From: an uncultured Thermus sp.
Lineage (GTDB): Bacteria; Deinococcota; Deinococci; Deinococcales; Thermaceae
Length of the DNA stretch: 64,000 bases
Direction: 5' to 3'
Assembly (NCBI GenBank): GCA_947085095.1
Contig: CAMTVD010000022.1
Coordinates: forward strand, 32,001-96,000
The stretch's first letter is position 1. Every line of letters begins with the position of its first letter. Shown here one piece after another: positions 8,184 to 16,271 of the stretch. A program made the position numbers and the translations under genes. Below the pieces are notes generated by a model, which was not told where the DNA came from, did not search any database, and saw only the letters and a list, made by a program, of their open reading frames with translations.

Positions 8184-9066
8184 GGGCCACCCCCTTCGCC
8201 CGGGCCCGGCGGTTCAAGGCCCAGCGCATCCGAGGGGGGAGGGGGTGAGGGTCCTCTAGGATGAGCGGCCTCGCCTCTCCTACCCTCAGCCCCCACCGCG
8301 CCGCATCCCGGGCCTCCCGCTCAGGTAGCCCGGCCCGCATAGCGGCGGCTACCAGGGCCTCTTCCGCCTCCTCCGGGGAGAGTCCATGGGGGATTAGCCC
8401 CCCCGCGGCCACGGCGTAACGGATGAGGGTGTTGTGCCTCTGCCCCTCCGGGGTGCGGGCCACTTGGGCGGCGTAGGCCTGGAGAAGGGCCTGCAGGCGC
8501 TTGGGGCTCGTCCCCCCCTCGGGAGTCCACACGCTCCTGGGAGGAGGAGGCGGCGGGGGGAGGAGCTTCAAGAGGAGGCCCCGGGGCACCGGGGGAAGCC
8601 CCTCCGGCCTCACCAGGGGCACCTCCCACTCGTAGCCCCTCCCGTCCTTGAGCCCGGTAGGCGCGGCCACCACATAAGCCCGACCCATGCCCCGGAGGTC
8701 TACCCCCTCCAAAACCCGCACGCTGGCGGAAAGCCTCACCCCCTCGGGAAGCCGGAGGAAAAGGTGTACCCCTCCCTTGGGAGTCCTTTGCCTTGGGGCG
8801 GCCTCGAGGGCGGGGTGCTCCTGCCTCAACCCCTCCCAGGCCGTGGGGTCGTCAAAGTCCAGGACCAAGACCCCCTCCGGGGCCAAGAGCCCCACCCCGG
8901 CCTCGGGGCAGGCCCGCCACCAGGCCTCGAGGGTGGCGGGGTCCTGGGAGGCCTCCTTGAGCCCGTGGGGCACCAGCCGGGGGTGGGGGCGCTTCTCCCC
9001 GGGGAGGAGGGGAAGGACGGCGTAGCCCAGACGGGCGTAGCCCAGGACGTGCTCAATCGGCCTCAT
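8176..9066 (-). CDS. Bifunctional DNA primase/polymerase (Prim-Pol) with C-terminal PriCT-like domain
   Basis: YARLGYAVLPL..EKRP, VLVLDFD, TPKGGVHLF, VDLRG..YVVAAP; poly-Pro linker; EGQRHNTL. Confidence 0.9.
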   Translation of the reverse strand: MRPIEHVLGYARLGYAVLPLLPGEKRPHPRLVPHGLKEASQDPATLEAWWRACPEAGVGLLAPEGVLVLDFDDPTAWEGLRQEHPALEAAPRQRTPKGGVHLFLRLPEGVRLSASVRVLEGVDLRGMGRAYVVAAPTGLKDGRGYEWEVPLVRPEGLPPVPRGLLLKLLPPPPPPPRSVWTPEGGTSPKRLQALLQAYAAQVARTPEGQRHNTLIRYAVAAGGLIPHGLSPEEAEEALVAAAMRAGLPEREARDAARWGLRVGEARPLILEDPHPLPPRMRWALNRRARAKGVAHE

Positions 9067-9247
9067 TACTCACCTCCTCCTCCTGGGCCAGGGCCGCATC
9101 AATGAGGAGGTCAATGCGCTTGCGGGCGTCAATGCGCTCCCCCCAGGGAAGGGCCAGGAAGATAGCTTGAAAAGCGTCTAGCAAGATGGCGGTTTCCTCT
9201 TTGGCCCCCTCGGGCGTTATGATGACCACAACGGCACGCACGGCCAC
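9053..9247 (-). CDS. Small hypothetical protein
   Basis: 64 aa packed between xis-like and Prim-Pol genes; carries the Prim-Pol RBS (GGAGGTGA). Confidence 0.55.
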   Translation of the reverse strand: MAVRAVVVIITPEGAKEETAILLDAFQAIFLALPWGERIDARKRIDLLIDAALAQEEEVSNEAD

Positions 9248-9250
9248 CCC

Positions 9251-9457
9251 CTACCGCCCCCGAGGCCCCCCCTCGGGGCTCGCCTCCTCGTCCAGGGGCA
9301 TCCCCAGCAGGCGCTCCAGCTCCTTCCTGGGGATGATGAGCCTCGCCCCCAGGCGGGCCGCCCTCAGCTCCCCCCGCCAGACCAGCCGATAAATGTGGTT
9401 TGGATGGACTCCAAGTGCCGAAGCCGCTTCCTTGACGCTCAGTCCAAGCTTACGCAT
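9251..9457 (-). CDS. Excisionase/AlpA-like helix-turn-helix protein
   Basis: LSVKEAASALGVHPNHIYRLVWRGELRAARLGARLIIPRKELERLL is a typical excisionase-family wHTH. Confidence 0.88.
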   Translation of the reverse strand: MRKLGLSVKEAASALGVHPNHIYRLVWRGELRAARLGARLIIPRKELERLLGMPLDEEASPEGGPRGR

Positions 9458-9536
9458 GTTTTTGCCCCGCTTTTCCGCGCCCAGGGAGGGGCACCCTGGA
9501 CGGGCCTGACGACCTAAAGCCGCAAAACCTACGGCT

Positions 9537-10205
9537 TCAGGCCGCCAGGGGCGGGGCAACAGGGGCGATGACCAGGCTTCGGGTCAGGTTTTGCGTGGGG
9601 TCTTTTGGCGGTGCCCTTTCCTGGTAGCTTTCGGAAAGGGTCTTCTGGGGTTCGTGAGTCAGGCGGATGAGGTCAAAGACCAGAATAAGGAGCGCGCTCA
9701 GAGCTTTAAGTGCGGCTTTAAGAGCTTCGTTAAGCGTCTTGCCGCGCCTTAGGCTCTGCAGGTAAACGAAGAAGAGCTTAAGCACCCGCTCATGGGGCAA
9801 CCTCCGGAAGCGGATCCGCGTCCCCCCGCGCTTGGCGGCCCTCCCCCTGAAGAAAACACCTTGAGCAAGGTGCCGCCCTACTAAAGAGAGGTAGTTCAAT
9901 AGAGGCCTAAGTGCCTCAAAAAGGTTATCCCGCGCGTCTTGCAGACTTCTGATTACAGCCCCTGCCTCTCCGGCCAGGGGGGCCATCGCCTCAAGTGTCT
10001 GGTGTAGCGTCCTCCTGGCGGGTTCCGCCGCCTTAAGTGCCTGGTGTAGAGTCCTCCTAGCGGTTTCCACCGCCTCGTTAAGGTTCCTTAAGGTTTCCTG
10101 GGGAAGGGTCCAGGTGGCGGCGTAGGCCTCAACAGAGGCCTGAAGGTTCCTCACGGCTTCGCTTTGGGCGAAGTGTTGTAGCTTGGCCGTGAGTCCCCCT
10201 TGCAT
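9537..10205 (-). CDS. Hypothetical protein, first gene of the element operon; atypical composition
   Basis: 222-aa ORF with its own promoter; internal ARRTLHQ duplication. Confidence 0.7.
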   Translation of the reverse strand: MQGGLTAKLQHFAQSEAVRNLQASVEAYAATWTLPQETLRNLNEAVETARRTLHQALKAAEPARRTLHQTLEAMAPLAGEAGAVIRSLQDARDNLFEALRPLLNYLSLVGRHLAQGVFFRGRAAKRGGTRIRFRRLPHERVLKLFFVYLQSLRRGKTLNEALKAALKALSALLILVFDLIRLTHEPQKTLSESYQERAPPKDPTQNLTRSLVIAPVAPPLAA

Positions 10206-10214
10206 CTTGCCCCT

Positions 10215-10243
10215 ACCATAGCACGCCCCCTCTTCACTCGCAA
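10215..10243 (-). promoter_or_regulatory. Sigma-A promoter driving the element operon
   Basis: Minus strand TTGCGA-17nt-TATGGT with TG extension, 9 nt before ATG 10205. Confidence 0.65.
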
Positions 10244-10310
10244 TACCATGACATCACCCCACAAAACCTTTTCTTGCAAAGGGTTCTTTTCGTGGGATAG
10301 CTTCACGGGT

Positions 10311-10353
10311 TGACCCCCAAACTTGACCCCCATTGACCCCCAAAACTGACCCC
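10311..10353. repeat. Four direct TGACCCC repeats, right arm (putative arm-type sites)
   Basis: Copies at 10311, 10324, 10334 and 10347. Confidence 0.75.
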
Positions 10354-10452
10354 TAACCGGAGGTAATCCAAGGTAATGCCATCCCGGGGAAAACGCGTGT
10401 AGGACGCCGATTTTTGCAATAACGGGTTATCGGAGGTTAGGGGTCTTCGCCT

Positions 10453-10498
10453 CCTTCTAAGCGGTAGGTCGGGGGTTCAAATCCCTCCGGGCCCACCA
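10453..10498 (+). repeat. attR (displaced tRNA-Arg 3' half)
   Basis: CCTTCTAAGCGGTAGGTCGGGGGTTCAAATCCCTCCGGGCCCACCA. Confidence 0.95.
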
Positions 10499-10652
10499 GG
10501 TCAGGGACGCAAAACTTTACCCCTCGGTAGCGTGGCCGGGGGTGCTTTGCTGGTGGAAGGCCTCCCCCAGGAGGGCTGGTCTGGCTGGGGAAGGGGCGTT
10601 TGTAGCTTGCGAGCCCTTGCCCCAAGGGGTAGGCTTGCGGGTGGAGGTTGGT

Positions 10653-11771
10653 GTGGAAACCCTCGAGGCGGTTCGCGAGCTGGCGCGGCGCTTCGCCCGG
10701 GAGAGGGTTCTGCCCGAGGCCCTGAGGCTGGACCGGGAGGCCCGCTTTCCCCGGGAGCTTTTCCGGGAGGCCGCGGCTTTGGGCTTTCCCGCCCTGGTGG
10801 TGCCCGAGGCCTTTGGCGGCGCGGGGCTTGGGCCCAAGGCCTTGGCCCTGGTGGCGGAGGAGCTGGCCTACGCCTGCCCTGGGGTGGCGGCGGCCCTCCT
10901 CCTCAACAACCTGGTGGCCGACGCCCTCCTCCTCTCCGGTAGCCCGTACGCCCAGGCCTTCTTGCCCCGCCTGAAGGAAGAGGTGGCCTCCTACGCCCTG
11001 ACCGAGCCCCATGCGGGCTCGGACGTGGCGGCCATCCGCACCCGGGCGGAGAAGGCTCCGGGGGGCTTCCGGCTTTTTGGGCGCAAGACCTGGATCAGCC
11101 ACGCCCCTGAGGCCAGCTTTTTTGTGGTCTTTGCCAAGGTGGCCGAGGGGCGGGAGGGCATCGCCGCCTTCTTGGTGGAGCGGAAGGAGGGGGTGGAGGT
11201 GGGCCCGCCCCTGCCCAAGATGGGGCAGAAGGCCTCCCCCGCAGCCGAGGTGGCCCTGGAGGGGGTCTTCGTCCCCGAGGAGGCCCTCATCGCCCGGGAG
11301 GGTTTCCGCCTGGCCATGAGGGTCTTTGACCGCTCCCGGCCCATGGTGGCGGCCATGGCCGTGGGCCTCCTGCGCCGGGCCTTGGACGAGGCTCTGGCCT
11401 ACGCCAGGGTGCGGGAAGCCTTCGGCAAGCCCCTTTTTGAGCACCAGGGGGTGGGGTTCAAGCTGGCGGAGATGGCCATGGACCTCGAGGCCGCCCGCCT
11501 CCTCACCCACCGGGCCGCCGGCCTGGCGGAGAGGGGAGAGGCCAACGCTCTGGAGGCGGCCATGGCCAAGGCCTTCGCCGCGGACGCCGCGGTGCGGGGG
11601 GTGTCGGAGGCCCTCCAGGTCTTCGGGGGGAACGGCTACTCGGAGGAGTACCCCATGGCCAAGCTCTACCGGGACGCCAAGGTGCTCCAGATCTACGAGG
11701 GCACCTCGGAGATCCAGCGGGTGATTGTGCTTAGAGAGCTCCTTAGGAGGGAAAGATGGGAGAGCCGGTGA
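10653..11771 (+). CDS. Acyl-CoA dehydrogenase
   Basis: YALTEPHAGSDV, GRKTWIS, REAFGKPL, QVFGGNGY, IYEGTSEIQR; GTG start after GGAGG. Confidence 0.95.
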   Translation: METLEAVRELARRFARERVLPEALRLDREARFPRELFREAAALGFPALVVPEAFGGAGLGPKALALVAEELAYACPGVAAALLLNNLVADALLLSGSPYAQAFLPRLKEEVASYALTEPHAGSDVAAIRTRAEKAPGGFRLFGRKTWISHAPEASFFVVFAKVAEGREGIAAFLVERKEGVEVGPPLPKMGQKASPAAEVALEGVFVPEEALIAREGFRLAMRVFDRSRPMVAAMAVGLLRRALDEALAYARVREAFGKPLFEHQGVGFKLAEMAMDLEAARLLTHRAAGLAERGEANALEAAMAKAFAADAAVRGVSEALQVFGGNGYSEEYPMAKLYRDAKVLQIYEGTSEIQRVIVLRELLRRERWESR

Positions 11772-12910
11772 TCCTCGAGGCGGTGCGCACCCCCATCGGC
11801 AAGCGGAACGGGGCCCTAAGGGAATGGCGGCCCGATGCCCTGTACGCCAGGGTCTTGGACGCCCTTCTTGAACGCACGGGAGTGGACCCAGGCCTCATCG
11901 GGGACGTGGTCACGGGTTGCGTGACCCAGGTGGGGGAGCAGGGGGCCAACGTGGGGCGGCTCGCCGTCCTTCTCTCCCGGCTTCCGAAAGAGGTCCCCGC
12001 CGTCACCCTGAACCGGATGTGCGGCTCCAGCCAGCAGGCCATCCACTTCGCTTCCCAGGCCATCGCCGCAGGTGACCTGGACTTCGCCATCGCCGGGGGG
12101 GTGGAGAGCATGACCCGGGTGCCCATGTTCTCGGATATCGGCGGGGGGTTTTCCACCCTTAACCCGGAACTCTTCCAGCGCTACGAGCTCGTTCACCAGG
12201 GGGAGAGCGCCGAGCGCATCGCCGAGCGGTACGGGTTTTGCCGGGAGGAGCTGGACGAGTGGGGCTACCTCTCCCATAAGCGGGCGGCCCAGGCGGAGCG
12301 GGAAGGCCGCTTTCTAGGGCAGATGCTCCCGCTGGAGGGGCTGGACCCGGAAGGAAGGCCCTTCCTCCTCACCCGGGACGAGGGGGTACGCCCCGACGCG
12401 GACTACGGGAAGATGCTCTCCCTCAAACCCGTTTTCCGGGAAAATGGCGTGGTCACCGCGGGGAACTCCAGCCAGGTATCCGACGGGGCCGCAGCGGTCC
12501 TCCTGGGGGACCGGGAGAAGGCCCTGGCCCTGGGCCTCAAGCCCCGGGCCCGCTTCCTGGCCCGGGTGGTGGCGGCGGGGGACCCTACCCTGCAGCTTCT
12601 GGAGGTGATCCCCGCGGCCAAGAGGGCCCTGGAAAAGGCCAGGCTCTCCATCCGGGACGTGGACGTCATAGAGGTCAACGAGGCCTTCGCCAGCGTGGTT
12701 CTGGCCTTCTTGAGGGAGCTTGGCCCCGACCCGGAAAGGCTTAACCCCAACGGCGGGGCCATCGCCCACGGCCACCCCCTGGGGGCCACGGGGGCCGTCC
12801 TCATGACCAAGCTCCTTCACGAGCTGGAGCGGACCGGCGGGGAGTTCGGCCTCCAGGTGATGTGCATCGGCCACGGCCAGGCTACGGCCACGGTCATCCA
12901 GAGGATTTAG
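11756..12910 (+). CDS. Thiolase (acetyl-CoA C-acyltransferase)
   Basis: NRMCGSS, NEAFA, GGAIAHGHPLGATG, CIGHGQ. Confidence 0.95.
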   Translation: MGEPVILEAVRTPIGKRNGALREWRPDALYARVLDALLERTGVDPGLIGDVVTGCVTQVGEQGANVGRLAVLLSRLPKEVPAVTLNRMCGSSQQAIHFASQAIAAGDLDFAIAGGVESMTRVPMFSDIGGGFSTLNPELFQRYELVHQGESAERIAERYGFCREELDEWGYLSHKRAAQAEREGRFLGQMLPLEGLDPEGRPFLLTRDEGVRPDADYGKMLSLKPVFRENGVVTAGNSSQVSDGAAAVLLGDREKALALGLKPRARFLARVVAAGDPTLQLLEVIPAAKRALEKARLSIRDVDVIEVNEAFASVVLAFLRELGPDPERLNPNGGAIAHGHPLGATGAVLMTKLLHELERTGGEFGLQVMCIGHGQATATVIQRI

Positions 12911-12919
12911 GAGGAGCCT

Positions 12920-13648
12920 ATGGAAAGGAGCGCTTTGGTGACGGGCGGGGCCTCGGGCCTGGGCCGGGCGGCGGCTTTGGCCCTGAAGGCCAAGGGGTAC
13001 AAGGTGGTGGTCCTGGACCTCAGGCGGGGGGAGGAGGACCTCCGCTATGTGGAGGGGGACGTGGCCCGGGAAGGGGATGTGGAGCGGGCGGTGGCGGAGG
13101 CCGTGGCCCAAGGCCCCCTCTTTGCCGTGGTGAACGCCGCGGGGATCGGCCTGGCCAGGAAAATCCTGGGCCGGGACGGCCCCCACGACCTGGAAGGCTT
13201 CCGCAAGGTCATTGAGGTGAACCTGGTGGGCACCTTCAACGTCCTGCGCCTCGCCGCTTGGGCCATGCGGGAGAACCCCCCGGATGGGGAGGGGCAACGC
13301 GGGGTCATCGTGAACACCGCCAGCGTGGCCGCCTACGAGGGGCAGATCGGCCAGGCGGCCTACGCCGCCAGCAAGGGGGGCGTGGCGGCCCTCACCCTGC
13401 CCGCCGCCCGGGAGCTTGCGGACTGGGGCATCCGGGTGGTAACCCTCGCCCCCGGCCTCTTTGACACCCCCCTCCTCCAGGGGCTTCCCGAGAAGGCTAA
13501 GGCCTCCTTGGCGGAGCAGGTGCCCTTTCCCCGGCGCCTGGGCCGCCCCGAGGAATACGCCTCCCTGGTCCTCCACATCCTGGAAAACCCCATGCTGAAC
13601 GGGGAGGTGATCCGGCTGGATGGCGCCCTCCGCATGGCCCCCCGGTAG
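12920..13648 (+). CDS. SDR-family 3-hydroxyacyl-CoA dehydrogenase (type II)
   Basis: [39 protein letters not shown]. Confidence 0.92.
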   Translation: MERSALVTGGASGLGRAAALALKAKGYKVVVLDLRRGEEDLRYVEGDVAREGDVERAVAEAVAQGPLFAVVNAAGIGLARKILGRDGPHDLEGFRKVIEVNLVGTFNVLRLAAWAMRENPPDGEGQRGVIVNTASVAAYEGQIGQAAYAASKGGVAALTLPAARELADWGIRVVTLAPGLFDTPLLQGLPEKAKASLAEQVPFPRRLGRPEEYASLVLHILENPMLNGEVIRLDGALRMAPR

Positions 13649-14453
13649 GGTCCTGGACCTGACCCGCCTTCTCCCCGGGCCCCTGGCGGGGAAGCTCCTT
13701 TTGGAGATGGGCTTTCCCGTCCTCAAGGTGGAGCCCCCCGGGGGGGAGCCCCTGAGGGCCCTCGCCCCCCAGGTCTACGCCTTTCTCAACGGGGGGAAGG
13801 GGGTCCTGGAGCTAGACCTGAAGACCCCAGAGGGGTGGGAGCGGCTTCTTGCCCTGGTGCGGGAAAGCGCCCTCCTCCTGGAGTCCAACCGCCCTGGGGT
13901 CATGGAGCGGCTCGGCCTTGGCCCCGAGGTGCTCCTTGCCGAGAACCCCCGCCTGGTCTACGTGCGCCTCCGGGGCTACCCGGACTCCCCGGACGCTGGC
14001 CACGACCTCACCTACCTGGCGGAGGCGGGGCTTCTTGGCCGCTTTCCCTGGCAGGCCTTCCAGTTTGCCGACCTGGCGGGGGCCTACGCCCTGGCCCTCA
14101 CCGCCCTAAAGGGCCTCCTCCTGGGAGGGGGCTTCTACGAGGTGGCCCTCTCGGAGGCGGTGAAGAGCGTGGCCTACCCCCCCATCCCCTTTCTGGACGG
14201 CTCCGTCCTCTGCTACGGGGTCTACCCCGCCAAGGAGGGGGAGGTGGCCCTGGGGGCCCTCGAGGCCCACCTCTGGGCCCGGTTTTGCGAAAAGGCAGGC
14301 CTTCCCGAACTCAAGGGGGCAGCCTTCAGCCCTGCTTTGGAGGAGAACCCCGCCTATAGGAGGCTTCGCGCCCGCTTCCTGGAGGAAACCGCCGAGGCCT
14401 GGGAGGCCTGGGCCCGGGAGGAGGGGCTTCCCTTGAGGAAGGTGCGGGGGTAG
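13620..14453 (+). CDS. Family III (CaiB/BaiF) CoA-transferase, short form
   Basis: [46 protein letters not shown]. Confidence 0.85.
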   Translation: MAPSAWPPGRVLDLTRLLPGPLAGKLLLEMGFPVLKVEPPGGEPLRALAPQVYAFLNGGKGVLELDLKTPEGWERLLALVRESALLLESNRPGVMERLGLGPEVLLAENPRLVYVRLRGYPDSPDAGHDLTYLAEAGLLGRFPWQAFQFADLAGAYALALTALKGLLLGGGFYEVALSEAVKSVAYPPIPFLDGSVLCYGVYPAKEGEVALGALEAHLWARFCEKAGLPELKGAAFSPALEENPAYRRLRARFLEETAEAWEAWAREEGLPLRKVRG

Positions 14454-14499
14454 GGCCTCTCCTGTGGTATCCTCACCCCGGGCCCGCTGGGGCCTTCCC

Positions 14500-15225
14500 A
14501 TGTTGCGGCTGGAAAACATCACCAAGCGCTTTGGCCCGGTGGTGGCCAACCGGGGGGTGAGCCTGGAGGTCCGCAAAGGGGAAGTCCTGGCCCTTTTAGG
14601 GGAGAACGGGGCGGGAAAAACTACCCTGGTGAGCATCCTCTACGGCCTCTACGCCCCCGACGAGGGACGGATCCTCCTAGAGGGCAAGGAGGTGCGCATC
14701 CCTTCTCCCAGGGCCGCCCAGCGGCTTGGCATCGCCCTGGTGCCCCAGCACCCCGAGCTCATAGAGGCCCACAGCGTGGCGGAGAACCTGGCCTTGCGCA
14801 CCTATCCCCGCTACGCCCGCCTTGGGCTTTTGGACTACCGGGCCATGGAGAAGGACGCTGAAGACCTCATCGCCCGCCACCGCATCCAGACCCCTTCCCC
14901 CAAAACCCCGGTGCGGTTCCTTTCGGGAGGCAACGTGCAGAAGGTGATCCTGGCCCGGGAGCTTCGGGAAGGCCCGCGGCTCCTTCTGGCCATGCACCCC
15001 ACCTACGGGGTGGACGTGGGAGCGGCGGAGGAGGTCCACGCCAGGCTTCTGGGCCTGGTGAGGGAGGGGGCGGCGGTGCTCCTGGTAAGCGAGGACCTGG
15101 ACGAGATCCTGGCCCTGTCCCATCGGGTGGCGGCCATGTACCGGGGGCGGCTGGTGGGGCCCATTCCCCGGGAGGCGGCGAGCCCGGAGCGCCTGGGCCG
15201 CATGATGACAGAGGGGCGGGCATGA
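14500..15225 (+). CDS. Nucleoside/sugar (CUT2-type) ABC ATPase, apparently internally deleted; possibly non-functional
   Basis: First-NBD start (GENGAGKTT) joined at SVAENLAL to second-NBD end (LSGGNVQK, HPTYGVDVG, VSEDLDE); 241 aa. Confidence 0.75.
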   Translation: MLRLENITKRFGPVVANRGVSLEVRKGEVLALLGENGAGKTTLVSILYGLYAPDEGRILLEGKEVRIPSPRAAQRLGIALVPQHPELIEAHSVAENLALRTYPRYARLGLLDYRAMEKDAEDLIARHRIQTPSPKTPVRFLSGGNVQKVILARELREGPRLLLAMHPTYGVDVGAAEEVHARLLGLVREGAAVLLVSEDLDEILALSHRVAAMYRGRLVGPIPREAASPERLGRMMTEGRA

Positions 15226-16271
15226 GGCTGGAGCTGGACCCAAACCCCACTTCCGGGAAGGTCTTCGCCGCCTACGGCCTTTTTCTCCTCCTGGCCCTTT
15301 TCCTCCTCGGGGTCCTGTTCCTGGCCTACGGGGTTTCCCCCCTTCGGGCCTACGGCCTCCTCTTTTCCCCTCTCGCCGACCCCCTGGGCCTGGCGGAGAT
15401 CGCCCGGCGCACCATCCCCCTTCTCCTCATCGGAGCGGGGCTTGCCCTGGCCTTCCGGGTGGGGTTTTTCAACATCGGGGCGGAGGGGCAGCTCCTCATG
15501 GGGGCCGTGGGGGCGGCCTATGCCGCCCTCTTCCTGCCCGTGGGGCCTTGGACCCTCCCCCTCATGTTCCTCCTGGGCGGGGGGCTTGGGGCCTTGTGGG
15601 CGGGGTTTGCCGCGTGGCTTAGGGTGCGCTTTGGCGCCAGCGAGATCCTCACCACCCTGATGCAGAACTACCTGGCCTACTACCTGGTGGTCTACCTGGT
15701 GGCGGGGCCTTGGAAGGGAAAACTGGTTTTCGGCTTCCTCTACACCGACCGCTTCCCAGAGGAGGCCCAGCTTCCCCGCCTGGGGGATACCCTGGTCCAC
15801 TGGCCCACCCTGCTTCTGGGGGTGGCGGCGGCCGCCCTGCTCCAGGCCTTGCTTTTCCGCACCCCCTTGGGCTTCGCCTGGCGCGTCCAGGGGGAGAACC
15901 CCTTGGCCGCCCGCTACTTGGGCCTGCCGGGGGGGAGGCTTCTCCTCCTTGCCGCCCTTTTCTCCGGCCTCCTCGCCGGCTTCGCCGGGGTGGGGGAGGT
16001 GGCGGGGATCCACCTGAGGCTTCTGGAGCCCGCCCAGATCTCTCTGGGCTACGGCTTTACCGCCATCCTGGCCGCCTGGCTGGCCCGGGGGAGGCCGCTT
16101 TTTGTCCTTCTCACCGCCCCCCTTCTGGGCTTGATCCTGGCGGGGGGGGATGCCCTGAAGATGGCCCTCTCCATGCCCTTTAGGGTGGTGGACGTGGTGA
16201 GCGGGCTTTTGCTCTTGGCCCTGGTAGGGGCCGAAGCCCTGAGCCGGCACCGCATCCTCTGGAGGCGCTGA
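15222..16271 (+). CDS. Nucleoside/sugar ABC permease
   Basis: FNIGAEGQ, SEILTTLM, GYGFTAI; multiple TM segments. Confidence 0.9.
   Translation: MRLELDPNPTSGKVFAAYGLFLLLALFLLGVLFLAYGVSPLRAYGLLFSPLADPLGLAEIARRTIPLLLIGAGLALAFRVGFFNIGAEGQLLMGAVGAAYAALFLPVGPWTLPLMFLLGGGLGALWAGFAAWLRVRFGASEILTTLMQNYLAYYLVVYLVAGPWKGKLVFGFLYTDRFPEEAQLPRLGDTLVHWPTLLLGVAAAALLQALLFRTPLGFAWRVQGENPLAARYLGLPGGRLLLLAALFSGLLAGFAGVGEVAGIHLRLLEPAQISLGYGFTAILAAWLARGRPLFVLLTAPLLGLILAGGDALKMALSMPFRVVDVVSGLLLLALVGAEALSRHRILWRR

Larger units (their letters stand above)
3527..10498 (-). mobile_element. tRNA-Arg-integrated ~6.9 kb element (phage-satellite or integrated-replicon like)
   Basis: 46-bp direct repeat of the tRNA 3' half at both ends; co-oriented integrase, HTH Xis-like, Prim-Pol and P-loop helicase genes. 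Confidence 0.93.

Noticed and set aside
10453..10498. A second tRNA-Arg gene
   Set aside because: Only the anticodon loop to CCA is present; the D-arm and 5' acceptor strand are missing, so it is attR.
3527..10498. Complete prophage or ICE
   Set aside because: No structural, large terminase, lysis, relaxase or T4SS genes are recognisable in 6.9 kb.
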